From the NCBI RefSeq assembly GCF_009914755.1, contig NC_060934.1: a stretch of 64,000 nucleotides of DNA; one strand, 5' to 3'. This stretch comes from the human T2T-CHM13v2.0 reference genome, Homo sapiens. The position numbers and the translations under genes are program-made. Of the stretch, positions 34,840-48,810 are shown piece after piece. The notes below the pieces were generated by a model. That model did no database searches, was not told the origin of the DNA, and saw only the letters and a list, made by a program, of their open reading frames with translations. How positions within the stretch are numbered: the stretch's first letter is position 1; each line of letters starts with the position of its first letter.

Positions 34840-35240
34840 CATTTTTTATTGAGATATAATTCAGATACCATAAAATTCACCTTTTAAAACATACAATTCA
34901 ACATCTAAAAATGTATTCACAAAGTTGTGGAACCACCACTACTATCTACTTCCAGAATATTCATCCCCTGCCCCCCTGAAAGAAGCCCTGCCCTCTTCAG
35001 CAATCACACCCCATTACTCCTTCCCTTCAGCCGCAGGCAACCGCTCACCTGCTAGTTCTGTCTTGCAGATGTGCCTGTTCTGGACATTTCGTATAAATGG
35101 AATCAGACAATATGTGGCCTTTCATGTCTGGCATCTTTCAGCACAGTGTTTCGAGGTTCATGCATGTTTGTAGCACTTCATTTCTAATATTCCATTGTAT
35201 GGATATACCACATTTTGTACATCAGTTGATGGATACGTGT
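34840..35240 (-). mobile_element. L1MB-like 3'-end fragment
   Basis: 'ttttttattgagatataattcagataccataaaattcacc' ... 'aaatggaatcagacaatatgtggcc'. Confidence 0.75.
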
Positions 35241-35376
35241 ACGTTTTATATGAACAGTTCCCATGGCTTTTCCACTCAAGTTAGGATTTCTTGGTTTAAG
35301 CCAGGTAGGGTAAAAGGTGGAGCTGAGTTTGGTGACTGTGCTTATTGTCAAATGCTGCTTCTTCCATATGTTGCAG

Positions 35377-35542
35377 TCTAATGCTGGCGTGCTATGCGGG
35401 ACACCTAGATGTTGTGAAATATCTCCGAAGACATGGCGCTTCTTGGCAGGCTAGAGACCTGGGAGGCTGTACAGCTCTGCACTGGGCTGCAGATGGAGGC
35501 CACTGCAGTGTGATTGAGTGGATGATAAAGGATGGCTGTGAG
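35377..35542 (+). CDS. FANK1: FANK1 exon 7 ([55 protein letters not shown])
   Basis: ttgcag|TCTAATG ... TGTGAG|gtacgg; 166 nt; clear ankyrin repeats. Confidence 0.97.
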
Positions 35543-35694
35543 GTACGGGACCTGCCTTGTTAACCACGCACATATCGTTAAGAATCTGAAATGCTGCTCC
35601 ATGGGGTCTGGCAGAAGCAGGGCCTTTGATTAGCTAACCTTAGAAATGCTGGAGAAAATTTTCTGACTTAGCAAGAAAGCCCCTGAAACCTTAG

Positions 35695-36099
<405 letters not shown>

Positions 36100-37011
36100 T
36101 GATGTTTCTACTTTGTTCTTTTGTTCATTTGCTTCTCTCTCCATTCAGTCTGTCACCAAAGCTTTACTAAGCATGTACCAGATATTATTTCAAATGGTGG
36201 AGATACAAAGATATTAAGAGAGCCCTTATAGCCATTGTGCTTCTTGTTACTTCTAAAATTAGGTAATTTTTATTCTTGGTTTGTTTTAAAGATTAGTCAT
36301 TACAAAAAATTTCCAAAGAGGAAACTGACCATATCAAGAATAAAACATTTCAGTTCTTTGCATCTTTACCTGGAAACAGGCAAGTGGTCTACTTTTGATT
36401 TCACGTTATCAGAAACTGCAAATTTGATTTAGCAAATAGAAGCAGTGTTGTTGGACGTCTATAGATATTTGAAGATGGGTAATTAGAATTAGATCAATTA
36501 TGGAAATTGCTGGTAACTTTGAAAACTTTATTTCAAGACTTTGAAGAAATTAGCTAAAAATTTCAAAGCATGGAACTAAAGAATGATGGACAAAGTTCTG
36601 TGCTATCTGTGACTGCCAGATGGTGTGTAGAGTGCTGAGAAATTAAGTCGATGACCTGGAAAATCAACTCAAATTGAGAAAAGTCATGTCTCCTGGAAGA
36701 TGTCAGTAGATTTCTTCTAGTTTGTTTCTGAAGGGTAATTGAGGGAAAGTGAGACTGCAGTTATGGGATCTATCTGGTTCCTGCTGCTGCTTTTGGAGAA
36801 TTAAGAAAAGTGCCCCCTTATAGGAAAAATCTCAGTCATTAAAAATTTATTACATTTCTTATTTTCCTTATGTTTTAGAGACAGGCACAGAGGCAGAAGG
36901 CTGAGTCAGTGGGCTTCCATAGTAGAGCCGGGCCCACGTGCCATGTGTGGTAGTGACAGCCACGCACTCCTTGATTGGTTTATGATGAATTCTGGGCAGG
37001 TTTTGCACCTA

Positions 37012-37366
<355 letters not shown>

Positions 37367-38122
37367 TCACAATAGGGCAAATCTCTGCTATCAACATTTA
37401 AATACTGGAGTTTTGGAAATGTAGGCTCTCTGGGCTTCAGATATGAATATACTTATTTGGGATAAATTCCATCTTTCTTTGAAGCACTGGAACTACTTTG
37501 CAGAGGACAGAACAATAAGCATGGATGTGTTTACTATAGATTTCCACATGACTGGCCTGGTGGCGGATGGATGATGTCAACATGAGTCTTTCCATATTCT
37601 GGCAGGTGGCTCACCTGATGCTTCTGAAGCCCATGGGAAGGACTTGAGAGCCAATCACCACCTTCTTCCCAAATGTAATGATCATATACTAAGAGTGACT
37701 TATTTACTTGGCGACTGACTTATTCATTTGTGCATTTAATGATCCATGTGATCTCAGGAAAGGCACTTCTCTGAGGTTTATTTTGATTGTTTGTAAACCA
37801 AGAATAAAAATACCTACCTCTGATTAACGTTTAGGACCAAAAGAGAAAGTGTGTGTAAAGAGGGTTGAAAGCTGTGTAAAGCATCATGTAATATGAGGTG
37901 CTTATTTTATTATTCTTTAAATATAATGGAGTGTGTTGCCCACAGGTTAGTTCTTTGCATGAAGAAGAGCTGCAAATCCAAATCATGTTACAGTGGATAA
38001 TCTTATATGTAGAAATACCCTGAAGTGCTCCCAAGATCTCCTGGAAATTCCTTGTTTGTTTTTCCATTCTGATGTTTTACTAAAGCTATGGATCATCTTT
38101 GAGTAATTCTTCTGTAACAGAT

Positions 38123-38203
38123 TGTGTGTGTGTGTGTGCACGTGCTCATGTGTGCTTATGTGCACATGGTATGCGTGTGTGCATACACACGAGTGTGTGT
38201 GCG
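38123..38203. repeat. Degenerate (TG/CA) alternating purine-pyrimidine tract
   Basis: Read directly. Confidence 0.85.
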
Positions 38204-38902
38204 TTTCTGAGCACAAACACGTATCTGTCTTTACTTCAGCACCACTCTTCATGGATTGGCGATGTCTTCATTGGAATTGGAAGCGACAATATTTACATTT
38301 TCTTAATCTAAAATATTTATTTTAAAACACTAAATTGAGAGATTTCAGTGTAGAGAAGATGATCAGGAAACAGCCATCTGATTACTGGGCACACTGTTTT
38401 GGAGAAGCCTTTAGTCAGACTTTTCAGACAGAGTTTGTGTAATGAATCTGGTTGTTCTGTATTTTACCTGTAGGTCTCCTGCCTAAAATTGATAAGCATT
38501 AGTAAGTATAAGTGTGTATATATATTATTACTGTCTTGTTCCAGAAAGGATGTAAAGCTGCTTACAACAATACATAAAAGTAAGAAAAATGAATGCTAGG
38601 TGAGGAAAGTTAGGCAAGAGAAAATAAGAACTCCCCAGGGGCCAAGTGGAAAGTAGTTCAGTTAACTTTTCTAGCCCATCTTTTTTCCACTTTAAAGGAT
38701 GTAGATGAAGAAGCCGGTGGGGAGACCCTGGGGCCTCTCAGCACCAAAATGTGACTTAAATTAGCACAGTGCAATGAACCAAATATAGAAAGACGGCTAT
38801 CTAAGTCCGGGTGTTGGGGCAAGCAAATATTCCTTTTATAAGTTTGAATCATTTTAAGAAAAAGAAATTGGGCTCAACACAGCTGTTTCTCTGGCCCAAC
38901 AG

Positions 38903-39046
38903 GTAGACGTCGTGGACACTGGTTCAGGATGGACCCCACTCATGAGAGTCTCTGCGGTGTCGGGAAATCAGAGGGTGGCCTCTCTTCTAATTGATGCTGG
39001 GGCCAATGTGAATGTGAAGGACAGAAATGGAAAGACGCCCCTTATG
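38903..39046 (+). CDS. FANK1: FANK1 exon 8 ([48 protein letters not shown])
   Basis: caacag|GTAGAC ... CTTATG|gtaggt; 144 nt. Confidence 0.97.
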
Positions 39047-39549
39047 GTAGGTCCTCCTCCCGAAAATAGGCAGTTTTCTACGTGGAATTAAGGTCAGAGC
39101 TTTTTCTGTAATTAGACAATTCTTGTGAGTTCAGCCCTGCACCAGCCCTTGGGTTTGACTGTGTGTGTGTGTTCCCTGTCGGCTTGTTCATAAGGGCATG
39201 AGGCTGTCACTAGAATACTTTCGTTGTCTTTTTACAACTATTTAAGGACTAAAGAACCCCTGTCCCCAGGACCACTGTGGGATCAAAACAGAACTGGTGA
39301 AACAAAGAACAAGCTGCTTTCTGTTCTGGTTTTAGTGTGGAGAGAGGGAGTCCATTTTCCATTTTCCCTGGAGTTGCTACCATATAGCTGCAGAGGAAGC
39401 GCTGTGCCTGCAGGCCATGCAAAGCCACAGTGGTCTTTTGGGGTTGCAGGGGGGCTGCTGGGACCCTGCATGTGCCAGGCTCATGCCCCCTGCTGTGTGT
39501 GCCCTGGAGGGAGAAGCTCATGCACACCACCCTGGGTTTTGTTTTCTAG

Positions 39550-39627
39550 GTGGCTGTGTTAAATAATCATGAAGAGTTAGTTCAGTTACTTCTTGACAAA
39601 GGGGCAGATGCAAGTGTAAAAAATGAG
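39550..39627 (+). CDS. FANK1: FANK1 exon 9 ([26 protein letters not shown])
   Basis: ttctag|GTGGCT ... AATGAG|gtaaat; 78 nt. Confidence 0.96.
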
Positions 39628-39717
39628 GTAAATGAGTCCATCTTTATGTAAAGATTTTCCTCGGAGGGGGAGAAAACATTTATAAGCATGTAAAATTTTT
39701 GTTGTTTCCTGTTTCAG

Positions 39718-39762
39718 TTCGGCAAAGGTGTCCTAGAAATGGCCAGAGTTTTTGACAGACAG
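39718..39762 (+). CDS. FANK1: FANK1 exon 10 (FGKGVLEMARVFDRQ)
   Basis: tttcag|TTCGGC ... AGACAG|gttggg; 45 nt. Confidence 0.95.
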
Positions 39763-39868
39763 GTTGGGATGCTCTTTCTGCCTATCAAGGCTAATTTTTA
39801 GTCCTTCTAGACTCAGAAAAACCACCAAAACCCTGGATTACATTCGCCTGTCTGTTTTGTTTATCTAG

Positions 39869-39934
39869 AGTGTAGTCTCCTTATTAGAAGAAAGGAAAAA
39901 AAAGCAGAGGCCAAAGAAGTCTTGTGTCTGCTGA
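39869..39934 (+). CDS. FANK1: FANK1 last exon, coding part (SVVSLLEERKKKQRPKKSCVC*)
   Basis: tctag|AGTGTA ... TGC TGA; 66 nt. Confidence 0.95.
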   Translation, partial: SVVSLLEERKKKQRPKKSCVC

Positions 39935-40090
39935 TGAGAGCACCACTCATCTGCGAAACGCACGTAAAACAAAGTGAACCGTGACTGTTAAACTAGGGAT
40001 GGGAAATTCTGCATCTTGGGGGGCTGTACATTTATTTATTTAGTTGAAGATTCACTGATCCCACTTTGAAATACATCTTTTTACCTAAGC
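39935..40090 (+). other. FANK1: FANK1 3'UTR with AU-rich element and variant poly(A) signal
   Basis: ATTTATTTATTTA at 40030-40042; AATACA at 40070-40075; no AATAAA seen nearby. The 3' end is approximate. Confidence 0.65.
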
Positions 40091-41659
40091 ATGTGCGTAT
40101 GTGGTACCATCATTGGGTGTCTGTAGAATGGGGATGTTTTCTTGCACTTGCGCCTTTTGGAGTTAGACATGAAACAAAATATTTATGCACCGGAGCTACA
40201 CAAACATACATGGGGTCTCCCACTCCCGGCTCCTGCCCCGCAAGCTGTCCTTCTACCATGCTAGGCCTTGTTGGAATTCTTTCCCTCATGTGTTTTCAAT
40301 TAAATCCTCCCCTCCCAACTTAGGGCTTCCAGGCTGGTTGTCAGGCCGCTGCTCCCTCCTGGAGTGGCGCTCCTCCGAAAAGCCCAGGAGTTTTCTCTTC
40401 AGCTGTTGGCCTCACATCAAAGCTCAGAATACATATTTCAGGACTCTGATTCTGTTCTATTGGAGGTGTCTGATTGAGGGTCAGCCTTTTTGGCCACAGA
40501 CAGGTCTAATGTGTTTGCATATACTCATGCCCTGACAATGGAAGACTCAGCCTGCTGATGGGTGGACGACGTAGCCAAAGGGTAGTATATTAAATTTTGT
40601 CTTCAGAGCAGAAGGTTTTCTGATGCTGATCATGCAGTTCCTAGACAAGTAGGAATTAACTGCAACCATGTCTGCTGGTTGGGAGCTTAAAGACACAAAT
40701 GTGGTAGAGCTTCAACTCAGCAAACACACTTCAAAATCAGCAAAAAAGTGAGCACACAGACCACATGAGTTTATGTCTCCAGAGAGACACTGGTTAACTT
40801 GACCCCATGGGAAAACCAGCTACATAGGTCTGTAGAGGAGTGGATTTTTTTTTTCCTGTAGGGAAAGCCTAATAAAAGGTAATTAAAGCTCCAAAGCTTT
40901 TGCTGAGGGGCATAGAGAAAAAGCACACAATTTTATTGACGTTAGCAATCAGCTTTAATCCAAAGAGCCCACAGAATATTCGTTTTAGGAATTGGATTTG
41001 TGGACCATATATAGTCCATTCCTTAGATATTTCATGAGTGTTTTACCTTTTGTACAAATGCAAATTCCTTTAGATTTGCCAGATTAGGTTTTTAAAACCT
41101 CTTTAAAAATTGGAGCACATTTACAACCCTCCAGAGGTCCCTCCTTTGGTTGGTGGTCAATGTTGATGTTCACCTTAGTTTCATTTTTTGGTCTGTTGTA
41201 GACTGTATTCACTAGCCTGCTCTTATGGTAGGAGTGTGCATCCCTTCTGGTTGACATCAAGCTTGGCAAAACTGCCCACCCTCCCGATCGATATTGAACC
41301 ATCCTTATATTCTTGAGATCATCTCCCTGGGTTATGGTGGACTGCAGGATTCTTCATGCTCATATGCTATGTATGTTTGCTCTTTTTCTTCTTTTTACTT
41401 AATGAGATTAGAAAGTGGCGTATACACTGTTAGAATTTTCCTAAAGAGCAACTCATAGTTTTATTAGCTCTACTGTATTCTAATGAACTTATCCTTAGGT
41501 CTACAAATTCATTTCTTCTATTTTTTCCCCTGGGTTTATTTTATTGTTCCTTTTATAACTTTATAGTAGATATTAAGTTCCCTTTTTCATCCTTTACAAA
41601 TTAATTTATAGATTTAGGGCTATGAATTTTCCCCCAGCAGTGCTTTAGTTACATTATCA

Positions 41660-41845
41660 TAGAAGTTTTCTAAACTTTTCTAATGAAAAATTCAACTGGG
41701 AGAACTTGCTAAGTACACATTTCGTAGCCCCATCTCTGCTCTCTGAATTGGAATCTTCAGGGAAAGGGCATGAGCAATGGATTTTAATGGGTTTGAACAA
41801 GCATCACAAGTGAGGTCTTCTAATTCTAAGATCTTGAGAATCCCT
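41660..41845. mobile_element. MER5-like hAT fossil
   Basis: Degenerate similarity ('tgaattggaatcttcagggaaagggc...aacaagc...tgagaatccct'). Confidence 0.5.
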
Positions 41846-42114
41846 ACCATCACATGTGCTATTAGAAATGTTTTCACTTGCTGTTTTCTAATCTGCAATT
41901 CATCTTTGAAAACTAATGAATCAATTCATTTCTAGGGTATGGAATTATTTTTTGAGAATTTTTATTCCTCCAAGGCACTTGGAAAGATGATATATTCTGT
42001 ATGTTTGGAGTATCCTGTTTGATATATATCAATTATGTCTGAAGTTCTGTATGTACTAATTTTTGCCAGCTTGTGTGATCATAGGTGGAGAGTGGTAAGA
42101 ATAAAGACTTCTTC

Positions 42115-42598
<484 letters not shown>

Positions 42599-42889
42599 TT
42601 AAAAAATTAGGTTATACATTCACATTGTTCAAAAACCATATCATGCCCCACCCCCCGTGTTGTGTGTGAGCATCTTCCTTCCTGTGCCGTGGTCTCACAC
42701 GTTCATGAGGTTGGTAGCACACATCCCTTATGCACCCCCACCCTGCCAACCATTCTTCTTAGTTTCTTATGTACTGCTCCAAAGTTTTCTCAAGCATCTA
42801 TAAATGAATGAGAATACATTTTTCTACATGAAGGCCTTCCGCCAATTTTTGTAACATTCTCAGTAACAAATGAGAGACACATTGATATT

Positions 42890-45800
42890 TACCTTTATAC
42901 AATTTATTGGGTTTAATATTCATAACAATAACTTTTTCTACTGAAATAGCAGTTTGTGTTTACCTGTCGAACCCCAATATGAGAAATGTGTACAAAAGCA
43001 ACAGACTGTGATAGAAAAAGGTATGTGAAAAAATTAGCAAACCAAAGCATGATAAATGGATGAAGCACTATAAAATTACTTTGCTGTTTACGTAACTGTA
43101 TCTTTAATCTGTACTGTGCTAAACAGCCTATAGCCAAGTTTTAAAGAGTTACAGGAACAACTGCTACACATTCAAAGAACAGGCATTCACTGCAGCCTCC
43201 TGATTTGACCTGATGGGAGGGACAGGAGAATGAGTCACTCTGCCACCACTTTTCCTGCCTTGGATTTGTAGAGGATTTGTTTTGCTCTAATTTGTTTTTC
43301 CTATATCTGCCCTACTAAGGTACCTGCTTATAGGCCATGAAAATAAAACGCCATTCAACTTTTTTTTTGTAAAGCTAAAATAATCACATGATACTTATTC
43401 TTTGGAGGATTTAAAATGTGCTAAATGGAGGACTAAAGAGTTACCTTATAGGAGAATCATGGGGAACAGAGAAACTGCTTTTTGAAGATGATGTGGAAGG
43501 TCAGGGTGGGTTACAGGGCATTCAACCTGGAAGAGCTGAATAGCTTTACATTGAGAATTACTTTGTATGTTAAATCTTCTGGCCATCATTATCCATTATT
43601 GGATATTTTAACAATTTTATAGTTATTCTTAATTTTTCTCATATGAAACTGTAATGGCTGTACTAGAAGCTGCCATTACTGTTCCAAAAAGTAAAGGGGA
43701 TTTTCTCTACAAAAGGAAAGAAAATGGCACATTCACATGTAGGTAAGTAGCTTCTGGAAACATCCTCACTGCACAGAAATGGTTCTCAGCATGGGGCTCC
43801 CAAACTTTCTTAGAGTGTCATTTGTTTTAGTATCAGAGTTTTCAAATAGGTTTAAAAGCAGTAGATGTCAATAGGAACTTTAAGGTGAGTCAAGAGAATT
43901 TTGTAATTATAGATAAGTTGATTTTCTGTGGCTAACTTCCCCTTCTAATTAGAACAAGACATTGGGTGGGAGGTCCTCTGCTGGACTTAGGCTGGTGGGG
44001 TTGCTCTGGGCTGCAGCCCTGGAGAAGGTTGGGCTTTGGGCATCCCTTGGGTGGGCCTTGTAGGGATAGCCACACACTGCAGCAGTCACCACTTTGGCTG
44101 ATCTAAAGTAGCAATGGAAGTAGTGATTTGACTGTCAAACTGGAGATGCATCGGCCTGTGGTTTGACCTGGGAAAGGGGCTTGTGTCTGGGTGATAGGGA
44201 AAGGTAAACAGATGTATTAGCCACTGGCTTTGTGTGGGCAGCTGTGTTGAATCAGCCTGCTGCTGAGTCACAGGGAGTAACTGCAGCTGCCTAGGGCTGG
44301 CTTCTAGCATGGAGAGGAGAGGAAAAGGGGTCCTGCAATGTCCCCCAGCAGCCTGTCATTGTGTGTGAAACTCCTAGCCTGAGAGCCCCACCTCTGGTCA
44401 GCACTAGTGTTGGGAGACTTCTGGGAGGGATTGTGACTTTCAGCTGGGTAACTGGTGTCTGGCTGAGGCCATCTTGAGCGCAGTGAGGAAGGATCTCCAG
44501 CCTGAGTGTGCCGTGGGCCCCCCGAATACATAGGGGAGCCCTGCAAAGCAGTTTTGAAATGAGTAGTACATCTCACGAAGAAAGTCTGCAAGAGGTCGAG
44601 GTGCATGAGAAAGATCTGGCCCTGCTGCCCTGGCGCCACCTTGTGCCCTTTCTGCTGCTGGGGGTCTCATTGGCTCAGAGTGCTTAGTAAACATCAGTGG
44701 CGAGGGGGCAGGAGGATGCTCAGCCCTGCCAGTCGGCCCAGCACCAGGCTCTTTTTAGCACCGTGGAGACCATAGGCTCCTTAAGAACATTTTGACACAG
44801 TTTTAGCCGTTTTTTTTTTTTTTTTTTTTTTTTTTTTGAGGATGCATTGATGTATTGATTTGCCTGGGAACAATGGCCTATAGTTCAGCCTGAGAATTCT
44901 CATAAAGTTAAGAAGGCATAAAAATGCCCCCCCCCGAGACTCGTCAGGAGTATTGACTCTCCTACAGTTTAATTTGCTGCTTTTGTGGTTTCTGTGATGT
45001 CATCCCACATGTGTAAGCTGGAAAAATCCACGCTGTGAAGTGTAACCTCCTGTGTGTATTTCCACAATGGAGAATGTTAGGCTTCGTTTCCCTCGGTTGC
45101 TACACATCTGATTACATGTGTCAGGAAAACAAACTTAAAAAATTTCAGGAGACAAACCTTTCAGCGGAATTGCCTGGAACCCATGAAGTGAGGTCATAGA
45201 ACCTACAACTATAATAAGCTGTAGGAAGAAAAGTAGCCTCTGGGCTACTTTGTGTCTAGTCACATTGACTTTCCAGGTGATGGCCCTACAAAACTCAAAC
45301 CACCTCTATTATTCATGCCTATACAGTCTTTTAAAAAAAATACTAGATTGCCATTGAAATATAAGTATTGATTTTTTTTGTTTTGAGGATATAAAAAAGA
45401 ATACTCCACCCCGTGCCTCCCCCAACCACAAAACACCCTGGTTATTGGTTCCTAAGTTATGTTAAAATGGAATTTGCTGCTAAATATGCTTCACTTGATA
45501 AATACTGCATCTTGGAAGGATTAATACTGTCCATATTGTAAGGGAATATTAGTTTAAATATGTTCTTATTCAGAAATAAAATGCATGGCTCTATAATAAC
45601 ACATTAGTACTGTAGAGATAAGAATGTGTCATCAGCCATGGCCCCTAAGTGGCCATTGATGACATGGCATAAGATCACAGTTTTAACCTCCTTTAATATC
45701 AAACTCTCCTGGCTCTCTGAAATAGAAGCATAGGAATTACAGCTAAGAACAAACAACAAAAGAAAAACTCAGTTCATATCCTCTTATAATTGGAGGAAGG

Positions 45801-47778
45801 GCTAACATGCCAGATCTAAGGATTTGGGCATCTAAAAAGACAATGCCCACGTAATGCACCATAAAATTCTGTAAACCTTTTTAATAGTATATATATGTTT
45901 GGCTTTAGTACAATTACCAAGTGTAATCAGTTACAGTAATTCTGTATGTATCTCAGCAGTATTATTTTCCAGCATGGCTTTACATTTTAAAGAACTTAAT
46001 AACTATAGAATAAACAGATGCATGCTATACGAGTTGGAATGTATTAGAGCTGGGTTCCCTTTTGTGTGTGTTTGTGTCACGTGTTTAGTTTATCCATAGT
46101 CATGAATACTATGTTGCCTAGATACAGTGGGGAACACCGGGAAAGTGAAATGCAGTTTTGTTTTCTGGAAGGCAAACCAAGATTCTTGGTACATATTTTT
46201 CTGTTTCAAAGCATAGGAAAACTGTTGACCCCCAAAAGAAGGCTTTCTCATAAAACACTCAGAGTGAATTATGTAACTGTTGTCAATTGTCTTCTAATGT
46301 GAAAACCAGTCCAGAAGACAGAGGCATCATGGCATTTTACCTTATCTGAGTATTTTTGTATTTCTCATGCCATTAGTCACTTTAAAGACCTTGTGAAACA
46401 TGGCTCCCTAGTCAGGCATTTGAAGAGTGAAGAGTTCAAGGGGATGCTGCCCAAGCCAGCATCTCATAATATTTAGGAAGTTGATAAGCAAGTTGATTTC
46501 CTTATCACATTCTGTGATGCTCAACAGGTAGGTTGCAAGTGTTTAAGAAATAGGTTCAGACTCTGTTAAAAGCATCTTTTAAAGATTCCTGCAGCCAAGT
46601 TGGAAAAAGAGGATGCCCCATAGAGAAGGTTCTTTGTCCAATATCTACGAATAATGATAGCAGACATGAACTATACCCATGAACATCACATTCCATTGGT
46701 TGTAGTTTTTGCAAGCATAAAGAGTCTGCCTAATTGTTAATAAGTTGAACCTTGCAGTAAACAGACTTGATTGACTAGATCTGGTTAATGGTTCACATCT
46801 GAAAATAGTTGTGGTCCCATGGAAAGCCTCATCTGTCTGAATACAGGATCATTGTATTACAGTTTGTGGTGATTTGCTCAGCTCCAAGCAGTATAGGGAG
46901 GTGGCGGTTTGCAGTGCCTGGGCAGTAGGTTTCTTACAGAAACACCACCTTTCCCAAGCTAAATAACCTACTGGTGGCAGTGCTCTAGAAAGGACAGCGA
47001 GAAAAAGAAGTGCTTGGCATTTCTATCAAGCACCGCCTTGAGTGACACTACAGACCCCTTCCAAACATGCTCACGGCTGGTCAGCTCAGGGTCAAGTTCT
47101 GGCTTGTCTAGTGTTCCAGTCTCTATCCTGGTGTGGCTACACCTTAAGATTCCTGTCTGCAACCCAGGTTCTCACCAAAGCTTCCTGGCCAGAAGCCAGA
47201 TTTCTCCCAGCTGTCCCTGGGAGCCTGCCTGCCAGTTGTCAAGGGGCACAGGGCCTCCCTGAAAGCCAAACACAGCCTGGACCTGAAGCCCCTTGGCCCT
47301 GGCCTGAGATGGGGAATCCAGAAAATCAACTGAGGTTCTACTTGGGATCTCTTGAGCTGCATCTGGTACCATAAGCACAGCTGGGGGTAGTTGGGGGACT
47401 GCTTTCCAATAAGGCCTTGATCAGAAAGCAAACACATCCTGTCCAGAATCCCATCAAGCAGGATATTTCAAGTTCACTAAAATACTAAAAGCACAACAAG
47501 CCTTCCTGCCATGGAAAACTCAGTGATGGTAAAAATGCCTACTACAGCGCACTGCACTGTAATCAACATTCTGCATAAATTAATAATTTACAAGTACCTG
47601 AGCAAGTAGACAGAGCACCATAGCACAGCACAGCACTGACGGCAGTAGCTCAAAGTTCTTATAGTAATGATGTTTTAAACATTAAAAAAAATCCTAAAAG
47701 TTGGTACAAAAAACTCCAACTGGAGCTGAAAGATAGTGCAAACTTCTGTCTTCACTGTTGAAAAAAGGTGTCGGCTTC
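42890..47778 (-). other. ADAM12: ADAM12-L 3'UTR (~4.9 kb, no recognisable Alu or L1)
   Basis: Follows the TGA at 47779-47781; distal AATAAA on the - strand at 42903-42908 with GU/U-rich sequence downstream. Confidence 0.85.
42903..42908 (-). terminator. ADAM12: ADAM12 distal poly(A) signal AATAAA
   Basis: + strand 'tttatt'; downstream - strand reads 'tgtgtctctcatttgtt'. Confidence 0.8.
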
Positions 47779-47839
47779 TCACTTAATATAGGCGGTGTGG
47801 GTGGATCTGGGCACTTGGTGTGGATATTGTGGAGCAGGT
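47779..47839 (-). CDS. ADAM12: ADAM12-L last exon, coding part ((R)PAPQYPHQVPRSTHTAYIK*)
   Basis: - strand ttttctcctctcttcattcag|ACCTGCT...ATTAAGTGA; recognised ADAM12 C-terminus; phase fits the preceding exon. Confidence 0.96.
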
Positions 47840-48031
47840 CTGAATGAAGAGAGGAGAAAAAAAAATGATCAGAGACCTTGAGAAGTGATTCTGAGGATAG
47901 AGAGGTCTGGGGTTGGAGATGTATTCTGATAGTCTGAAGGGTTTTCTGTGTCAGATACCACTGCCCCTCATAACGGGGGTGGGAAACCTGTCTCCAAAGC
48001 CGCACTTCCCACCCACAAGTCAACTCTAGAC

Positions 48032-48290
48032 CAGCACTGTCCCACAGAAAAAATGTGAGCTACACAAGAAATTTTAAATTTTCTAGTAGCCACATGAAAA
48101 AAGTAAAGAGAAAGGTGCAATTAATTTTAGTAATACATTTAACTCAGTATACCTAGAGGATTATTTCAACAGGTCATCATCAATAGAAAAAAATGGATAG
48201 TTGACATTTTAGGGTACTAAGTCTTCAAAATACAGTAAGACTTTTACCAGGCGCAACATGCCTAGCAGTCCCTGCATCCCACAGCACAGC
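48032..48290 (+). mobile_element. MER33 (hAT-Charlie) fossil
   Basis: 'cagcactgtcc...ttttaaattttctagtagccacatgaaaaaagtaaa'. Confidence 0.8.
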
Positions 48291-48810
48291 TCCAGAGAAC
48301 AGGGAGCAAAGGTGGGCACCCAGTATCCCTAAAAAATGAAATGTGCAGGACAGGACCAAAATCAGCAACTGACCAGAGGTAAGATTGGCCACAGCTTGAG
48401 GGCATTTAAGAAAAAGGGCTTCCCCTCATTGTTTTCATGTAAAGTAGTGTTTCTTCCTCAAATAGAACAAGAAAAATAACTTCAAGATCAACATGCAAAC
48501 CACAATGAAATAATTAGGATGCTATGCAATTTTTCTCTATTTATGAAGTTGGGAATTAAACAATTGTCCTGACCCTTTGACCGCCTTTATCTCTGACATT
48601 TATTAAGCAGCTCTTTCTTTCACGGGCCAAACATTCTTCCCAAGAGCTGTAATGAAATCACTCCAGTGTGTCTTCTCCTTCAGAGATACAGGATTACTGA
48701 ACCCAGGGCCTGGCCAACACAGTACCTTTGGTTCTTTTGAGCTCACAAAGCAGGCTTCCTGCCAAGAGGGCATGTGTGTCAGAAGAGTACTTTGGCTGTG
48801 GGTTTAACTC

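Noticed and set aside
38901-38908. AG|GTAGAC at the exon 8 acceptor as a recursive splice site
   Set aside because: The reconstituted donor is weak and the intron is short; GTA is simply the valine codon.
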